64,000 nucleotides of DNA from positions 496,001 to 560,000 of the forward strand of contig NIVC01000184.1 in assembly GCA_002269645.1 (NCBI GenBank), written 5' to 3'. This document shows positions 60,188 through 64,000 of this stretch, in pieces. The DNA is from Macrostomum lignano (taxonomy: Eukaryota). The number at the start of each line of letters is the position of its first letter. The stretch's first letter is position 1. The notes below the pieces were generated by a model, which was not told the DNA's origin, searched no databases, and saw nothing but the letters and a program-made list of their open reading frames with translations. The translations under genes were made by a program, and so were the position numbers.

Positions 60188-63100
60188 TTATCCGTACAGC
60201 ACTTCGTCCAACAACTGCAAAGGTTTGTGCAGTTGAACTTCAACCCAACATGGCGTCTCCTTGATGCTCCGCCGATTATAGTCTCGGCCCCAGCCTTTGA
60301 CAAAGCTCAATCGAATTGCGCACAAGCGCCTGAGGTCGTCGACCCCGACGCCGGTGTCCGAGCCTTGCAGCGGCCCGTTGTCGGTGCCGGATGCGGCGCT
60401 TGTGGCGGCTCTGGAAGCTTGCAATTTCATCTCTTGATGGCATTGGCCAATGTCGAATACCTGCAATAAATGTTTTATAAATTGTGGTAAACCTTCGGCC
60501 AAGAAGTGTCCCAGAGAGTCATTTGCGTCACCCAAAAGTCGTTGCAGATAGCAGGTAAAATTACAGATACTAGAATAACTAGATAGGCCACTCAGTACAT
60601 TTGCGTGTAAGCTACTTTCAGTTCAGTAGTAAGTTAAACTGAAGCATTCTAATGTAATTATAAAGCCCAGGCTCATTTTATTGGCTCTTACCTCCAGCTT
60701 AAACCCTTCAAAAGCGCCTTTCCACACACTAACCCGGCACCACCCCAATTTTTATTGCCTTTCTCGGAATTCCAGCCTAAAGCTGCCATGTACATTTCAG
60801 TGGACTGGCTAATGTACATTATTGCTAAACCAATTAGCAAGTTGGTTATGCCTGCAAGCTGGGGTTCTAAACTTATTAAAGTCCTTTCAAGGACCTTTAT
60901 TCTTATAAAATAGCTTATGTATTCTTCTTTGCTACTGAACTGAAAGTAGAAGGCTGTTTTACTAAGTATATATGCCTGAGTGGCTCATCTAGTAATTCTA
61001 GTATCTGTGGGTAAAATAGGAAAGACGTACTCTACACGACCCACTTGGATCAACCAGTGGGTGGCTTCAAAGTACAGGAAGAGGTGGGCCAACGCCCCCG
61101 ATTGCCAACAATCCCGCGCCGCTGTCCCCTGTTCTTCCCCCACCTTCTGCAGGGACATCAGGGCGGTGACCATGGCCCTCTCGGGTCATGGCTGTTTTGC
61201 CAGGCATTGCCACCTCCAGGGAAAAATCCGTAGCGAGGAATGCCCTATCTGCCTTCTCCTGTGTCGAAAAAGCGGAGCACTTCATCTGTGAATGCCCCGC
61301 CTTTACTCGGGACAGCCTTCACCTACCTCGAGACCCAAACACGGACCTCTCCGACGTTTTCAGGCCCGAGACTCTCTGCCAGCTCGTCCGCTATTTAAGG
61401 GCTACTGGGCGAGCGAACATCCACCTTCTGGATTTTCCGGGAACCACCAAACCAGTTAATTTTTAATCATGATTAACCACACCATTTGTTTTCCATTTTT
61501 TAAACCATAGTACACCTTGTTTGTTAACTTGGACAATTTTCAGATGCACAATTTCAATTAAATAAGATTTAATCAATAAATGTTGCCAGTAGAAATCGCA
61601 ACTTGAACTTACTATACATAAGAAGGTAAAAATCTAGCAAATCTATGCTTATTAAACTGGCCATAAATTTTCTAATCTGGTCCTGATTGCACCACTTCGA
61701 GCCACTTTAGTTGTTGACCGTGAACTGGTATTAGACAGGACTTCAATTTTATTTATCTATTAACTATAAGCCACGGATAGAGATACTAGAATAAACTAGA
61801 TAGTCCACTCAGCACATTTGCGTATAAACTACTTTTAGTTCAGTAGTAAGTTAATATCATATCATCTCTATATCATAAAGACGCATCTTGATATACTCTT
61901 AAATGTTAGCTCTAATCCCCCCAGCAAAAACCCTCCAACCCTTCCTTTCCACACTACCCCGCCCTCCCCGCCCCAATTTTTATTGCCTTTATCAGAATTC
62001 CAGCCTGAAGCTGCCATGTACATTTTAGTGGACTGGTCAATGTACATTATTGCTGAACCAATTAGCACGTTGTTTACGCCCGCAAGCTTGGGTTTTTAAA
62101 CTTATCAAAGTCATTTCAGCTGCCTTTATTGTTATAAAATAGCTTATGCATTCTTATTTGCTACTGAACTGAAAGTAGAAAGCTGTTTTAATACGCATTT
62201 ATGCCTGAGTGGGCCATCTAGTCATTTTAGAATCTGTGTTATAACCACATTGGTTGCTGTGTTGCAAATTTATGTATAGTCTGCTGAATATGGAAAAGCA
62301 GGCTAACTGTGGAATTCGCCAGCTTTTCTTATTAAATTAGGCAACGACAATGACTAAAGTTTTGATTTAGTCCCCGTACGAAACACTGAGCGATATTGAA
62401 TTTGATGTAAATCTTGCACAGTGTCAGATCAAGGACAGAGTAATGCTATAGTATAATTATATTAATTACATTAACAAAAGTATGATTGTTGAAAAAACTA
62501 TCGGAGCGGAAGTAATTTGTTACTGGCCGGAAGTAACTAGTTAATAACCGGAAGTAATTTGTTGTATGACCAGAAGTAATTTGTTAATGGCCGGAAATAA
62601 CTAGTTGATGACCGGAAGTAATTTGTTAATGGCCGGAAATAACTAGTTGATGACCGGAAGTAATTTGTTTATATGACCGGAAGTAATTTGTTTATATGAC
62701 CGGAAGTAATTTGTTAATGGCTGAAAGTATTTTGTTGATGGCCGGAAGTTTAGCAAATAACAAAAAGCGTGAATGGATTTATAATATCTGGATATACATT
62801 ACTTTGGCAAAAAAATCGCTGTAAGACTTGGATATTTAGCCCAGCAAAGAAATCAAGCAGACAATTTGCTAGATTCTTATGTTTAAATACAGCTGGGCAA
62901 GAGTCTCCGTCTTAATAAGAGCATTAATCTGGTCCCCGTACGAAACACTGGGCGATATTATAATTTTATACGAATCGTGCACAGTGTCAGATCAAGGACA
63001 TATTAGCTAAATAATAATAAAGTACAACACAAAGACCTACACAGTGTATAAATTATAGCTTTAAATTGTGTTTTTTAAGATTACAGAAGATAAAAATTTG

Positions 63101-63675
63101 ACCAAGAGCGACAAAAATATGACCGGAAGAGATACAAAAATAACCGGAAGTGATATAAAAATGTCCGGAAGTGATATAAAAATGACCAGAAGTGATATAA
63201 AAATGACCAGAAGCGATATAAAGATGACCGGAAGTGATACAAAAATGACCGGAAGTGATATAAAAATGACCGGAAAGTGATACAGATAGGTGTCCAAAAG
63301 CTATGAAAATATGATCAGTATGATCAGATAAAATAGATAACCGGAAGCAGTAAATATGACATGGAAGGGAAAACACTGACTATTCACCTTAATCCTAGCG
63401 GACGCGTAGATTTTATGCACGACATCACCAGGCGGACGACCGGCCTCCCTGTCCAAGTAGAGCGACTCCACAAACACAGGATGATCCGATAGGCAAGCCA
63501 GCCAGACGTCTCCGCTGCCAACCATGCTCAACGACACGCCCCGGCCAATATGCAATCTGGCCCGTTCGGACACATCCGTACGCCTGACGTTGCTGAGTTG
63601 GCCTAAACAAAACCGATGCGTCGAAGAAGGGTCCGTGTAGCCGTCTATGGTTACAATCGACTGACGGTAGGGCAC
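60188..63675 (-). CDS. SMAD4: SMAD4 (co-SMAD/Medea) MH2 domain, last two coding exons; the rest of the gene lies beyond the window
   Basis: Exon 63675-63388 encodes [22 protein letters not shown]...[17 protein letters not shown]. Exon 60460-60188 encodes VFDIGQCH...[50 protein letters not shown]. The junction is phase-0 GT-AG, and there is no C-terminal SSXS. Confidence 0.96.
61010..61470 (+). mobile_element. 5'-truncated, frameshifted non-LTR retrotransposon C-terminal fragment (CCHC zinc-knuckle region downstream of RT/RNase H)
   Basis: [27 protein letters not shown] continues after a frameshift as [13 protein letters not shown]...[10 protein letters not shown], matching the LTGH...C..C....E...H....CP pattern of R1/Loa/I-group ORF2 ends. 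Confidence 0.75.
62505..63285. repeat. Two CCGGAAGT-containing minisatellites (62505-62750 and 63118-63285) in the SMAD4 intron
   Basis: Units of ~21-25 bp, with about 11 exact CCGGAAGT copies counted by eye. Confidence 0.9.
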
Positions 63676-63799
63676 CTGGTATTGATTACAGAGACGGAAT
63701 GGTACGTATTCAATTTTATACCGTTGCTATTGACCTATGGTATATTATTTATCAGGCAAGTCTTAACAAAATAGGTTCTGTCTATGGTTTATCCATATA

Positions 63800-64000
63800 C
63801 GAGGGGTGTCCAAAAAGTAGTGATACTTTTAACCGTAGCTCTCGTTCTGTAGCTTCCTGTGATTTAAAATTTTATGAACTGATAGCGGAAAATCTCTTCT
63901 ACAGACTGCTTTTTGAATTTTTAAAATTGATACTAGAGAACAAAAGTTATACCCACGAAAGTAACAGTACCTGTACCATAGAGTTACACAAATTATATCG
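63800..64000. mobile_element. Left end of a Tc1/mariner-type element, cut off by the window edge
   Basis: TA|CGAGGGGTGTCCAAAAAGT is a mariner-style TIR following a TA target. The partner end is not in the window. Confidence 0.55.

Noticed and set aside
62417-62440. CACAGTG (RSS/Transib heptamer) in the duplicated 68-bp module
   Set aside because: No ACAAAAACC-like nonamer at 12- or 23-nt spacing in either copy.

Overview
Eukaryotic (metazoan) genomic DNA, not prokaryotic. It has GT-AG spliced genes, GC-rich exons in AT-rich intergenic DNA, and many micro/minisatellites. The style suggests a free-living flatworm such as Macrostomum; this is inference, not a database match. Eight protein-coding loci could be reconstructed by hand with phase-consistent splice sites: INSM1/nerfin-like zinc finger (-), a secreted SRCR-SRCR-ZP probably GPI-anchored protein (-), a DUF4806/BEN-like gene next to a CMC/EnSpm-type transposon end (+), TMEM164 (+), MRPL15 (+), an ankyrin/death-domain-like gene with an apparent frameshift (+), SDHAF1 (+), and the last two exons of SMAD4 (-). 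Most long ORFs in the supplied track are artefacts of stop-free tandem repeats. Between about 34 and 59 kb there are six non-autonomous DNA elements with 8-bp target-site duplications (five perfect, one degenerate). One is only 36 bp long, and its empty site is preserved in the partner arm of a ~3-kb inverted repeat. The most interesting system-level signals are a co-oriented TMEM164-MRPL15-ANK-SDHAF1 cluster with a splice acceptor just before each ATG (candidate SL-trans-spliced operon), long introns filled by unrelated minisatellites, and several small insertion elements. All alignments and counts were done by eye; no searches were run.
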